In this document: one piece after another, positions 52,301 to 64,000 of the stretch
Layout of the letters: each line of letters opens with the position of its first letter
Position numbering within the stretch: the first letter of the stretch is position 1
Source: Cycas panzhihuaensis
Taxonomy: Eukaryota > Plantae > Cycadophyta
DNA length: 64,000 bases
Reading direction: 5' to 3'
Assembly (NCBI GenBank): GCA_023213395.1
Contig: CM041465.1
Location: 96,789,741-96,853,740, forward strand
The notes under the pieces: model-generated
Told to the model about the DNA's origin: nothing
Database searches by the model: none
The model's input: the letters and a program-made list of their open reading frames with translations, nothing else
Made by a program: the position numbers and the translations under genes

Positions 52301-54180
52301 ATGCCTCTTGAAGAAAGAGAGACATAGGATAATTCATTTAAGACAATGAATTAGGGCATTGGATTGATCGATGTGGAGGGAATGATATCTGTAAGAGAAG
52401 CTGTTATTTATAAAGGGGAAGCGTAAATGGAAGAAGTCTAATCAAGTTGTTCTAGATGATCAAATTAAGAAGGTGTATTTGATTAGGGTATATCATAAAT
52501 TAGTTAAAGTTCTTCAAGTTTGAAAGACAAAGTGCTATACGAAGCAGTGGTAGTGATCATATGGATTGGTTTGACTTATTCCTAATTAGAGAAAAAAATG
52601 TGAAGTTTATATCAAAGTATTGCCTAAGCCTTGAGGAAGCAAAAGAAGAAAAAGAGTCCCCTTCTTCTTAGATGGTCTTGACTAATTGGAACTATTTTTG
52701 TATGGGTTTACTTTTATGTTTGATAATTTTAAGCTCTTCATCATGGATAATTTTAGTTCACTAAAGAGTGAAGAACAAACTATAGATATTTGACTAATCC
52801 ATGGTCAATCAAGAAGCATATTGGACTCAAAATAAAAATCAATGATAGTGACTTCAGCTAGAGTGATTTTACCTTCTAATGTAAGGGGGAGAGTTACTTG
52901 ACCTATCAAGGTTTTTTTGGTTTTTTTTATAGCCTTGACAAACCCAATCAACTAGTTCAAAGACAGAGATTTTTAGATCTTTTAAGAGTTGTAATGGGAT
53001 AGTGTTAATAGAAATCCTTCATCCACTATGCACCTTTCGATCTTGATACCATCTTTCATAATTTCAATATAGAAGGGGGTGGTTTCATTATAATTTCATT
53101 TTTCTTCATCTTACAAAAGGTTGGGATCAAAGGCAACAATAGGATTTCCAGGAAAAGTAGGTCTAAGAACCCCTTAGTTATCTAAAAGAAGATACCTTTG
53201 GTTGGGAAAATTTTTTAGGAGTTCCATAACTAAAATTCTAGTAGGGATAGTCTTTAGTTCTTCTACAAGTGAGAAAGATCCTTCTTTAGTTAGTTGTAAA
53301 ATAGACATAAAATGCATAAATCTAATAGGCAATTGAAGGGGAGCTTTAGTGGAAGTAGAGGCTTTATAGGCTTCCACCATGTTGATGGTCTTCTTTGGTC
53401 CTTCTCCTCTTGTGGGTAGTTTGTTTTAATGGTTAGTCTTCTTGAAGTTTCATTTATTAAGAGGAGAACCCTTATTTGTTGGCTTAGATTCTATATCTAA
53501 GGAATCATGATCAACTCCAACTTTTGTTTTACATTTATCTTGAGGTACTTTCTTAATGTGGTTAGGCAATGTATCCTTGTGAATTAATTAATCTTGGTTG
53601 GTCTTAGAAGTGGGTTTATGATTAGGCTGGCCATGTCTAAGAATTGATTTAAGTTTATTACATTATTCACGATCATGTGTATCCATTTGGTGATAGCTAT
53701 AGCAAGGCATCTTTCTAGGTAGAAGAGCATTAGGTAGTTGATCTTTCTTTTACTTAGTAAATTCTATGGTATTGTCTTCCTTTTTAATTTATGGATTGGA
53801 ATTTGAGTCTACTTAAATATTTATATTAATTGACCTTTCTAATGCTCAAATAATAGAAGTAAGATGATTGTATGTATGATCACCTTGAGAACATCTGGGT
53901 TCTATTGAGGAGACATGCTTATCTTTATGAGTGAACAATTTAGAAAGCTTCTTGATCCTTGCTTATATTTCAAAAGCTTTAAAGGCAAGGCAGTTTTTAT
54001 TACATCTTCATAAGATGTTGACATTAATTTCAAGACCTCAAGGTGGACTTAAGGTCTTAGAGTATTGGTAAATAGGTCATATAGCAAGTTGTCATCGAGG
54101 GGCTTGGAAAGCATGGGCTAGGTCTTAAAAGTGACAGACAAAGTCTCATGAAGATTCTTCAACCCCTTGCATAGTTTCAT
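49320..54180 (-). pseudogene. pol: gag(part)-pol relic of element H
   Basis: INT TFSLVYGTKLILALETKIPLLRIA; RT VMPFGLKNVGATYQ and VYLDDIL at ~51430-51540; pre-RT LHFEEGNTLL...EEPKIIKVGA. Confidence 0.88.
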
Positions 54181-57100
54181 TATCCCTTAAATTCCCTTTG
54201 TCCTCCATTTATTCTTAGTTTACTTTAAATCAAGAAAAGATTGCAAGAAGGAAAAGAATAAAATAGAGGGTAAAGAGAGTGAGGTTTGGCATTTTTGCAC
54301 TTTGCTTTCCACATTACTTAGTTTCTTCCTTTTCTTTTATAATAGGTATACCAACAACCCACATTAAGAAGAAACTTCAAGTAATATACACAACCACCTC
54401 CTAACCCAAAGCAAGGCAAGAGAATAATTTAAACTTATCTACTTTCTTTGTTTATCCTCTCTACTATACCCTCTCCCTATGAATAGATCTTCTTGACCAT
54501 CCACCATAAGAGGATAGGAGAAGCCTTGCATAGATAACCTAGTAACCTAGGGAAGCCATCCGCCTATATCTCAAAGGCCTATTTACTATAAAACTCAAAA
54601 TCTTATATATGAAGAAGAGAACACATGCTAATTGAGTCCTAAATTCTCACTTAAGTGTGGCAACTACTACTAAGTTTATGGGCAAATAAGAGCTTCACCA
54701 CACCTCTTTAGGTCCCTGCATCTTAGGCCATAGGTACACAGTTATCTCTTATCACCCTCAATAGGTGCATTTTACTATGGACTTGCTATTAGGGACACCT
54801 TAGAGTTCCTTTAGTTTCCTTGCATTATCTTGTTCCTTCTATATAATGTCCTATTAGGGTGTTGCATTACCTTAAAACTCTCCCTTTAATTTAATTCTTT
54901 TACTTTTTGGGTTCCTTGATCAAGTTGTAAATGCAATGCTTCTCTCACCACTTAGGTAGTCTCCCACCTTTAGAAATAGATCCTTCTTACTTCTCCATCA
55001 CTACATCCAACCTAGGTTTACTGATGGAGGGGTACTTATTCGATTAGGTATACCATCCTCATGCCCTTAGTTGATCTCATCTTGAGGCTTCCTATCACCA
55101 TCAAGATCCCACCCATGGTGGTGATGATCCATTATATTATCTAGATGAATAACCAAAAGTCCATCTGAACCTCTACCCCCTTTGTACACATGTCATAGGG
55201 GGATCTTATCCCATGGACCTCTCTCACTCTAGTGAGAGGTCTCCCATAGATCATCTTGTGGGCTCTGGTCAATATGGGGAGCCTCCCACCTCCTATGGTT
55301 AAGATTTCACTTCTCTTGGAGATGTGGCAAATGTATTGACGTAATGCTTTGAGGCCATAAGTACTCAATCACCTCCTAAGTGATTAGGGCATTTTCTTCA
55401 TAGTATGGCACCCTCCTCTTCTACTACTATCCACCCTACATCATCATAGCCAATATCTTCCTCACTTTCAGAGCCCACTCCTATGACTTTCATATCTATG
55501 AGTGCTCTCTTAATCCAAGGGACACCTTAAGGCATATAAATATCCTCCTGTTGGGGGACCTTATAAGAAAAACCTTACCCCTCATCTTACATCTCTCACA
55601 TCATATTCTACCTTATGTGTAGTTGCTCCGCAAGGGGGACCCATTCCCTTTATATTCTACCATCCCATTTGTTCACCTCTATAGGGGCATACTTATACCT
55701 TTTTGCTACCCATGTAGTATGCCCTTGGGGTGGGTCAAGACCTCCTCTCCCACCTCCTTACCTAATGCATTCCCATATAGGAGCAGTCCCTCCTCACCTA
55801 TAAGGAGGAGCCTCACATCCTCTCTATAGTTCTACCTCTTACCTTCCACATGTCAGAAGTGGGTACCTATACCTACCTCCTTCATATTTTTGGGTTGATC
55901 CACTAGCTCAATTGGGGGTTTGCCCCTTTGTTGACTATCACTCAACCCCATTATCTATTGAGGCCCTTAGGACCAACCTACTACCTCATTCCCCTCAAGT
56001 ACCTAAATTTGATGGTACATCCTCATGGGACCCAACTTAACACATCAGAGGCTTTGCCATGGTATGCATTAATTATTGGGCCTATGATCATATCCTTATG
56101 AAGCTATTCCTAAGATCCTTATAGGGAGATACCCTTAAATGGTTCTCCTGTCTCCTCACCCACTCCATTTTTATATTTTAACAACTAGTTGATGAATTTG
56201 TTAGCTACTTTGATGTGGCTAGGTCCTTTAAAAGTGGGGTTAAAGTCCTTTCGTCACTTAAACAAGGCCATAAGGAGATCAACTATGACTTTATGAGGTG
56301 ATTCCATGACCTCCTCCATTCTTCCAAGGCAACTTTGCCTAGAGAATTAAAGAGGGATATCTTTATTAATGCCTTGCACCCTAAGATACATATGGAAGTC
56401 CTCAAGATGGGAGTGACAATGTGTAATTCTACCATAGATAAATGCTTGGAACTAGAGGCTATTAAGATCCAAGTAGATTCAAGAAACTCCTTAGGCAATC
56501 ACAATGCTACAAGATAGACCCTCTATTGCATGACTAAAAGGGCCAATAATAGCCTCCAAGGCCTCCTAATAGTATGACCAATAGGACCTTGGACTCCCTT
56601 ACTTTTGTGATATGTTCCTTTGAATATATAGTTAGGGATTTGAAACTCCAACCAACTCAAACTTCTTTAAAATTATACTAATCCATATGCCAAACTTTCT
56701 AAACTTTTCCACCTAAAGGTTAGAGTACCTAAACTTCTCAAGGGAGGAAGGTAAGACCCCTTCCCAAAAATAAGTGGGGTTTTATTCATGAAGAGTGCTT
56801 GCACAAGGATTTATAGTACCAGTTGCAACAACTTGAGCTTGCACCATACCATGATTCCTCCCCTTGAAGTGCTTCTAGACCTAACCTAGAGTAGCCTATT
56901 CACCAAGACCCTTTTCCCAACCATGGTGAACAAGATCAACATATATAAAATAGGAGAGCAAGAAATAGAAGGCAATCCCCTACCTCTTCCTTTGACCAAG
57001 AAAAGGAGAAGGGCCTAAGGGATCTATCCCCTCCATTCAGTCTAAGGTACCAACACCCTTCATCCTCTCAACTTAAGAACAAAGGGAAGTGAGTGATTCA

Positions 57101-60100
57101 AATGCTTGAGATAACTAAAGTGTGCCCCATCACATATTCTCAAATGACAAAGGAGGCTGGTGAAGCCTCCACTTTATAATAAAACCATCCCATAGACAAC
57201 TGACCTATAAAGATTCCTATGGTCTCAAAGACCATCCCTATCTATCCTAAGTATTATGATTTTTGAAGAACACTTCCTCAACCCATCGAAAAAGGGAAGG
57301 CCTTCTCCATTATTAAAGAGCTTAACACCATGTCTATAGGTATATCCATGATGGATGTCTTGTGAAGTTGCCCTAAGCAACAAGCCCTTATCCTAGAGGC
57401 CCTTGTCCAAAAGGATGCCCCCATCTATTATATTGGCATAATCTCTCATGGGTCACCTATCATTATTTTAACCCAAGGGACCTTCCTTCCACTAGTGAGA
57501 GGGAGCACCATTGGAAGTACCCCTTCACCATCACTATCAACACTCCTAAGTTCATATTGAAGAGGACCATTATAGACAATGGATCTTTGGTGAATGTTAT
57601 ACCTATATATATGGGAGAGGAGCTAGCTATAGGGGCATTTGAACTGATCCTATACAGGTGACAAGGTTACGATGGTAGTGAGGAGACACCCCTAGGAATG
57701 GTAACACTCCCACTCACCTTAAAAGACAAAATGGTATAAACTAACATTATGGTTCTCAAGATTAATATAGACTACAACCTCTTGTTGGGTCACCCTTGGC
57801 TTGACCAAATAGGAGTCTTTTACTCTTTTAAGTGGGGACAACTCAAGTTTGCTCATTGAGGGTAAGTAAAGCTTTTCACCTGAAACCCCCTCCTACTCGA
57901 TTATCCCATCAATCATGCCAGATAATCTTTGGGGTAGACAATAATGATGAAGACCCATCTGTCCCATCAATTGTTGATTCCTTTAATATTGAAAACCCCT
58001 AAAAAGGGAAAGACACACCTCACCCACAACCAAATTTGGTTCATTTTGTCCCCATTGATGTAGGGAGCTATGGGTATTTAGATGCCTTAAGTGATCATGA
58101 GTCTGATGATAACTATAAATAATTACATCATCAAATCTCCCTCCTTAATACATAGAGGGGGCATGCCCCTTGTCCCCTAGTATATCCCATATTCTGATGT
58201 AGGACCCATGTGGGGTCAAATGACAGTTGCCTAATGGACATAGTTGGGCCTTGTTTTACTTCATCCCAATAACCATGTACTATCAACCTATTGAAGTATG
58301 TAGGCCCCTAACCCACCTATGAGCATTCTACTCTAGGAGCCCCTCAACCCTCATCGTCCTCTAAAGACAATGAGGATATTGAATCCCTTTTTTCTTATAA
58401 TGGGTCCATCATTTGAGATCTTGACCCTAGATAGTACTTCCCCCCTTAAGTAGGGATATAGTATCATAGGAGGGTACACTCTAACTCTTCAAAAGAGTCC
58501 TCCTACTCTTACAACTAACTAGTTGATTAATACGAGCTTGTTACTCCCCTACTTACTTCCCAACCTCCTCACAATAAGACTATCTATAGGATTGACTACT
58601 TTTAGAATAACGATGTCTTATTAGAATACCTATCGAGGGTTACACTTAATTTACCTTTAGAACACCATAAGCTTGATTTTTAAAAGTGTTTGGCGATTGG
58701 ATTGTCCCTAACTAAGAACAATTGACCAACAACTCCTCCTCATCCACCTGTTAACCAACCCCCCTTCCACTTTGAGGAAGGGAATTCCATGTGCATAGGG
58801 GCAACCAAGGACATTGTCCTCTCCCCTAAGAAGGTCATCAAAGTTAGAGTGGAATTCTCTCCTTAAGAAATAGATGTATATACCAAGTTATTTCAAGAGG
58901 TTTATGACATCTTCACATGGGACTATTCAGATATGAAGGGAATAGACCCTAATATCATTACTCATAACTTTACTATTATCCCAAGTACTCAGCTCGTGTG
59001 GTAAAAATAATATCCCTTACACCTAAAACTATTAGCTACAGTCAAAATAAAAGTTGAAAAGCTACTAAATGTAAGCCTCATCACTTCCATTATCTACTCT
59101 AGATGGGTCTCTAACATTATACTTATTGGTAAGAAGAATAGGACCATCAGAATTTGTGTTAACTTTAGACACATCAATATTGCATGTCCTAAAGACAACT
59201 TTATCCTTCCTTTTATTGATCAAATCATTGATTGTACTACTAATTTTGAGGTTATGTCCATAATGGATGGCTTCTCTAGCTATAACCAAATCTAGATATC
59301 TCCCAAGGACTGCCACAAAATGACCTTCACCACCCCTTAAGAAATATTTACTTATAAAGCTAGACCCTTTGGTTTGAAGAATGTTGGTGCTACCTACCAA
59401 AGGGCTATGTAGTTTATATTCCATGACCTCATTAATAAGATTCTTGAGATCTGTATAGATGATATAATGGGCCTTTCCTAAAAAATGACTAATCACCTTA
59501 TAGACCTTAGGGTTATTTTTATGAGGTGCTCCAAATACCATGTTAGCCTAAATTTGTTTAAGTGTGTCTTCATAGTGATGATTGGTAAACTCTTAAGGTT
59601 CCTTATTTCCAAGCAAGGAATTTAAGTTAACTACGACAAGGTCAAAGCAATAGTCAAAATGTCTCCCCTAAGAATGCAACAATGAATCAAGTCATTCTTG
59701 GGGAGATTAGGTTTCTTGAGGCATTTCTTAGTAGACTTTGCCATTAATGCCAAACCTTTAATCAATTTTCTCAAGAAAGAGATCCCTTTTGTTTGGTCTC
59801 CTAGGGCCCCAGAGGTCTTCCAAGAGCTCAAACAAGCCCTTGTGTTAGCTCCTGTCTTGGCCCCTCATCTTTTTTACCACATTTTTATTCTATACGCTTT
59901 AGTGACCGATGAATCTCTAGGGGCTATATTAGCCCAAGAAGGTGACTTTAAAATTGAGAAGATTGTCTATTTCATTAGTCGTACCTTAGTGGTAGTAGAG
60001 TTAAGCTACCCACCAACCGAGAAAGAATGCTTGGTGCTAGTTTACATTGCTAAAACATTTAGGCATTACCTCTTGGGTAATACCATTTATGTGATCATCT

Positions 60101-61680
60101 AATCTAATCCCTTGAGATACCTTATGATACAATTCAACTTGATGGGAAGGACTGGTAAGTGGGAAATCCTCTTTTAAGAGTACAATCTAAAAATTATTAA
60201 CTAAAAATCCAAGAAAGGCATGGTAGTCATAAAACAATTACTAGGCACCCCCATACTAAACTCTCTTACGGTTTTGATTAACGATTCTTTACCCTATGAA
60301 CCTATTTTAGCTCTTTAGAAAACCAATGCCCATGTATTAGCTAACAACAAATGGTATAGTGATATAATTAACTACCTAATCTAACAATAATATCTAGCTA
60401 ATGCTAATAACAAGGTTAAGTTATATCTAAGGGCCTCCACTTGGCAATACTTCCTCATAAAGGACATATTGTATAAATGATCATTCAATGACATACTCCT
60501 TTATTATGTTAACCCAAAGGAGACTGACCAAATTCTTCATGAATGTTATAATGGAATTTGTAGAGGCTAGTTTAGGGGTCAATCGATGGCCCAATGGATC
60601 CTACATATGGGTTATTATTAGCCAATACTATTTAAAGATGCCCATGCCTATGCTCAATGTTACCATTGATGCTAAAAGCACACCAATTCTATCCATCAAC
60701 CTTTCTAGGTGTTACACGTGGATGTCTCTCCGTGGCCTTTTTTCCAATGGGGATTGGAACTTATTGGAGTCATTGCTCCATCCTCTTCACCTCCTTAGTA
60801 TTAATTTTCTCACCTTTTTATGTGTAATATTGATGGTTTTTACCTTTCTCTAAGGAGGCCCTTTTACCCCCAAACTCACCTATTTAAAACCTTATTAGTG
60901 CCTATACTCCTTAGTTTTGTATTAACACATTGATCTCTCATTTTGTGGCCATATTAACCCTCTTCGTTACCCTAACAAAATCTCACTCTCTTTTCTAAGC
61001 CTTCTATTAGTTTCTAACAAACCTTGGCCTTGATCAATAAGTTCCTTATGCTATCACCTCTCCCTTCTATAGGGTAAACCCTTCATGAGCCTTGTTGCCT
61101 AGCCATAGGTCTCTCCTATCCTCTTGTGGAGTGGTTTTTATGTTGTTTTGACCTTTAGGACTTATCATTCTTTACTCAATTTTTTTTTCTCATTTTGTGT
61201 TTTCCCCCCATGAAGGGGCAATGTTTATCTCTCTTTTGAAGTTGTAGCCACTATATTTCTCTATGACCTTACTCATCTATATTGATGGAGGTAGCCATGA
61301 CAATCCATGGCCCTCTATTGTAGCTTGGATCATTTGTGATCCTTTTAGGTATGCCCTCATATATTCTAGGATTTATTTACCTGAAGCCACAAATAATAAA
61401 ATAGAGTATACGATTGTCGTTAAAGCCCTGATTGATGTGCTTCATCTCCATGGTGACCCTATCATCTTATATTATGACTCCCAGATCATAGTGTCTCAGT
61501 TGAACCAGGTCTACTAAGTGATTTGCCCTACATTAAGGTCTTTAGCTATAGTAGCTAGATCCCTATTGACTCATTTCTGCTTGGTCAACATTTAGTCTAT
61601 CCCTCATGACCAAAATGTTGAAACTAATAGCCTAGTTAACCTCATCCTAAAGCATCACTTACAACTTATAGATGACTCCC
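54181..61680 (+). mobile_element. Element I: old copy of family A (leader, gag, PR, RT, RH, truncated INT, aRH); no LTRs recognised
   Basis: Leader matches the reverse complement of A 2450-3140; gag start MQCFSHHLGSLPP at ~54930; ORF 56335-56517 is homologous to A and D; PR IIDNGSLVN; RT MDGFSSYNQI; RH ORF 59698-60102; INT breaks off at ~60795. Confidence 0.88.
61263..61650 (+). pseudogene. aRH relic of element I, downstream of integrase
   Basis: ORF MTLLIYIDGGSHDNPWPS...ATNNKIEY...YYDSQIIVSQL, continuing after a stop to IPHDQNVETNSL. Confidence 0.9.
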
Positions 61681-61689
61681 TTTTTATTA

Positions 61690-62992
61690 AGAAAACTTGG
61701 TCTAAATAACCAAAAACAGCCACCAAGATCTATCTATTTTGTAATAATAACAAGGATTCAAAACTATAATAAATTTAAATATAGAAAACCAGAGATCATT
61801 CAACATACATAAGAAAGCATACACATTACCTAGTACATAGAATTTAATATGGTAAAACCCTAATAGAGTGCTAGGAAAACATCCACATAGGAAAGGTATT
61901 AATCTTTATTAGTCAAGAATGAAAGATTGATACATGTAGTTTCCATAGAATTTTCACAGCAGTAACAACCAATAGCCACCCACTTGTAATGTGATGTAAT
62001 ATAATACAATGTAATACAATTACCCTAAAAATAAGTTATAAGAGAAGGTACATCAATTGTAGCTATTAAATTTAGGTCTTTTTTATGAACGGTCTAGATT
62101 CACTTTATAATTTGATAGGTTTTGAGCCCTAACTTTTTGCTCTAGGGGCTACTGTTGACTTGTGAGGTGTCTTATTATACTTATGAGATACCCCCACACT
62201 TGTCAAGGTTACACAGTGCTATAGTCTAGTTCAGGATATTGTCAACATGGTTATTCATATACATTCCATATATATTTCACAGAATTATACCACAATGGTA
62301 CACAACAGCATAGAAATCAACACATACTCAGTATTTCATCATCATCACACAAAGAATACATAACTTTCCATGTAACTCTTTCTTTTATTAAGTAATTGGT
62401 TTAATTACATAGAGGCTATAATGCATTCTTGTGCATTCCAGCAGCATACATTCCTTCTATTACATATGCATACCCCAGATGGTACTTATCATTCAATGCT
62501 ACTCCAATTAGCTGTCATACATGCTGGCTTTCGCACCTTTATGTACCTTTGATAGTTGGCTCTTACCCTAACCTGGTGGTTCATGCGTACCTCCTTAAGT
62601 ACTCTTATTGGTACCTTTTGGCTAAAGGGTTATCACTATCTGTTATAACCATACCCCTTCAATCATATGTACCCTTTTATTAATCACTTAGTTAGGTACT
62701 TTAACTAATCTCTTTGGATCCATACATCTATATGTACATCTGGCAACTTCACAGGCCTTCACTGGTCCCTTTGGGTCATGCATACCACTTCTGTTTGGTT
62801 TTGTTCCTTCGCTGGTATGTCTCTATTATACGTACTTGTTCTAGGTATGCACCTATCATACATACTCAGAATGCTGATTTCTTTGTCATTTTGCCCTGCG
62901 CGTACCACCGTATGGTCCATACCTGCACATCTCAGGTTACTTGACCTACCTTTGGTCTTCCCACAACTATAGGATCACTTTATATCCCAACA
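61690..62992 (-). repeat. Probable LTR sequence (3' LTR of J, possibly plus another solo LTR)
   Basis: Non-coding; TGTTGGG start at 62992 on the - strand after a decayed purine tract; no partner LTR in the window. Confidence 0.35.
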
Positions 62993-63084
62993 TCTATCTT
63001 GAGTCAACAATTATAGGTTTGAGCATCCTTGATCAACAAAACTCCAAAATTTTTTTAAAATTTTGGGGTATCCCTCCCCCGCTC

Positions 63085-64000
63085 TATCTCAAGGCAGCTC
63101 TTGCTGCCTTTGTCCTCCCAAAATTTCTTCATTGATCTATGTTAGAGAGGTAATGATAGCATCCTTTTCTTTAATTTTATCTTGAAGGGCAGCTATCTTA
63201 GCTTTATACCCTTCCTCCATTTCCTGAATCAACTGAATTATGGGTCCTACTTTGTCCTATGGTGTAGGAGGTACTGAGGGTTCCCTTGTCTCCATTGCCT
63301 GATGGAAGTCTTCCCATTCTTCCCAAGAGGCCTCTGCTTCTTCTTCCTCCTCCTCTGATTCTTCTTCTCCCTTCTTCCTCTTACCTCGTCTATGGATAAC
63401 CTGTTTTGTCTGATGAGGAATGGTTGTGCCTGGTGTCTTCTGTAACCAGGTAAGTACTTTCTGCATTTGTCTTTGTACTCTTCTCTTTGCTTATAGGTTA
63501 TTAACTGTGTCTAGAAATTCTGTTACCTACTGTTTGATGATTGGCTCACGAGAGGAGATGGTAGTCCTGGTCAGCTGCACATCTAGACACTGATAGAATA
63601 AAATAGCCAAAAGTAAGGAGGGATGTCGGAATGGGTGTGTCCTAATCTCCTTGAGTTGTTGCCTCATGTTCTTTGCCAAGAATTCAGACCAATTTATCTT
63701 CTCCCCATCCTGAATTTTCAATAACACTTGCATCATGCCTCCTTGAATGTAGGTGTACTTTCATTTAGATAAAAATCTGGAATTTATCACTTTTGCCACC
63801 CATTGAAATCTAACATCAATAATGTCTACTACATGGATTCCACCGGACATAATTTAAGTGTTGGGTTGACACAATTCCCTCAACCATATTTCTTAGTCAA
63901 CTTTTGACCTTTTTGTTCCCAATGGAACTTCTCCTTTATTTGGAAGTCTTGTGATGGTGTGAACTATGTTTGCATCCATTTTGGCCTTCCTACTATCCTC
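63085..64000 (-). pseudogene. Accessory ORF relic of element J, homologous to that of C
   Basis: KIQDGEKINWSEFLAKNMRQQL...FRHPSLLLAILFYQCL; acidic linker; coiled coil EMEEGYKAKIAALQDKIKEKD. Confidence 0.65.

Noticed and set aside
61263-61517. Host or horizontally acquired RNase H gene
   Set aside because: Three decayed copies, each colinear with a Tat element; aRH is a known Tat domain.

Overview
This window is plant intergenic heterochromatin made essentially entirely of nested and truncated Ty3/gypsy LTR retrotransposons. I found no host gene, RNA gene or CRISPR array. The Tat elements carry an archaeal-type RNase H (aRH) downstream of integrase (TatII-like), which suggests a large-genome gymnosperm; this is inference. 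Reconstructed layout: (A) young CpG-rich Tat element, 1-5172 (-), inserted into the aRH of (B), a deleted Tat relic, 5173-~8950 (-). (D) old copy of family A, ~11115-11412 + 33754-38580 (-), split in its protease by (C), an Athila-like element, 11413-33748 (+). C has ~915-bp LTRs with 17 x 29-bp arrays and hosts (E), a Reina-like chromovirus, 14893-20976 (-), and (F), a CRM-like element, 21483-28195 (+). (H) Tat relic, 38581-54180 (-), with aRH and an antisense PMD-like gene, split by (G), a Reina-like element, 42509-48732 (-). (I) third copy of family A, 54181-~61680 (+). (J) 3' end of another element, ~61690-64000 (-). The most unusual observation appears once E and F are removed: C reads Gag(CA + 4 zinc knuckles)-PR-CA'-CA''-RT-RH-INT-accessory ORF, with two extra capsid-like modules inside Pol. 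All translations, alignments and difference counts were done by eye and are approximate.
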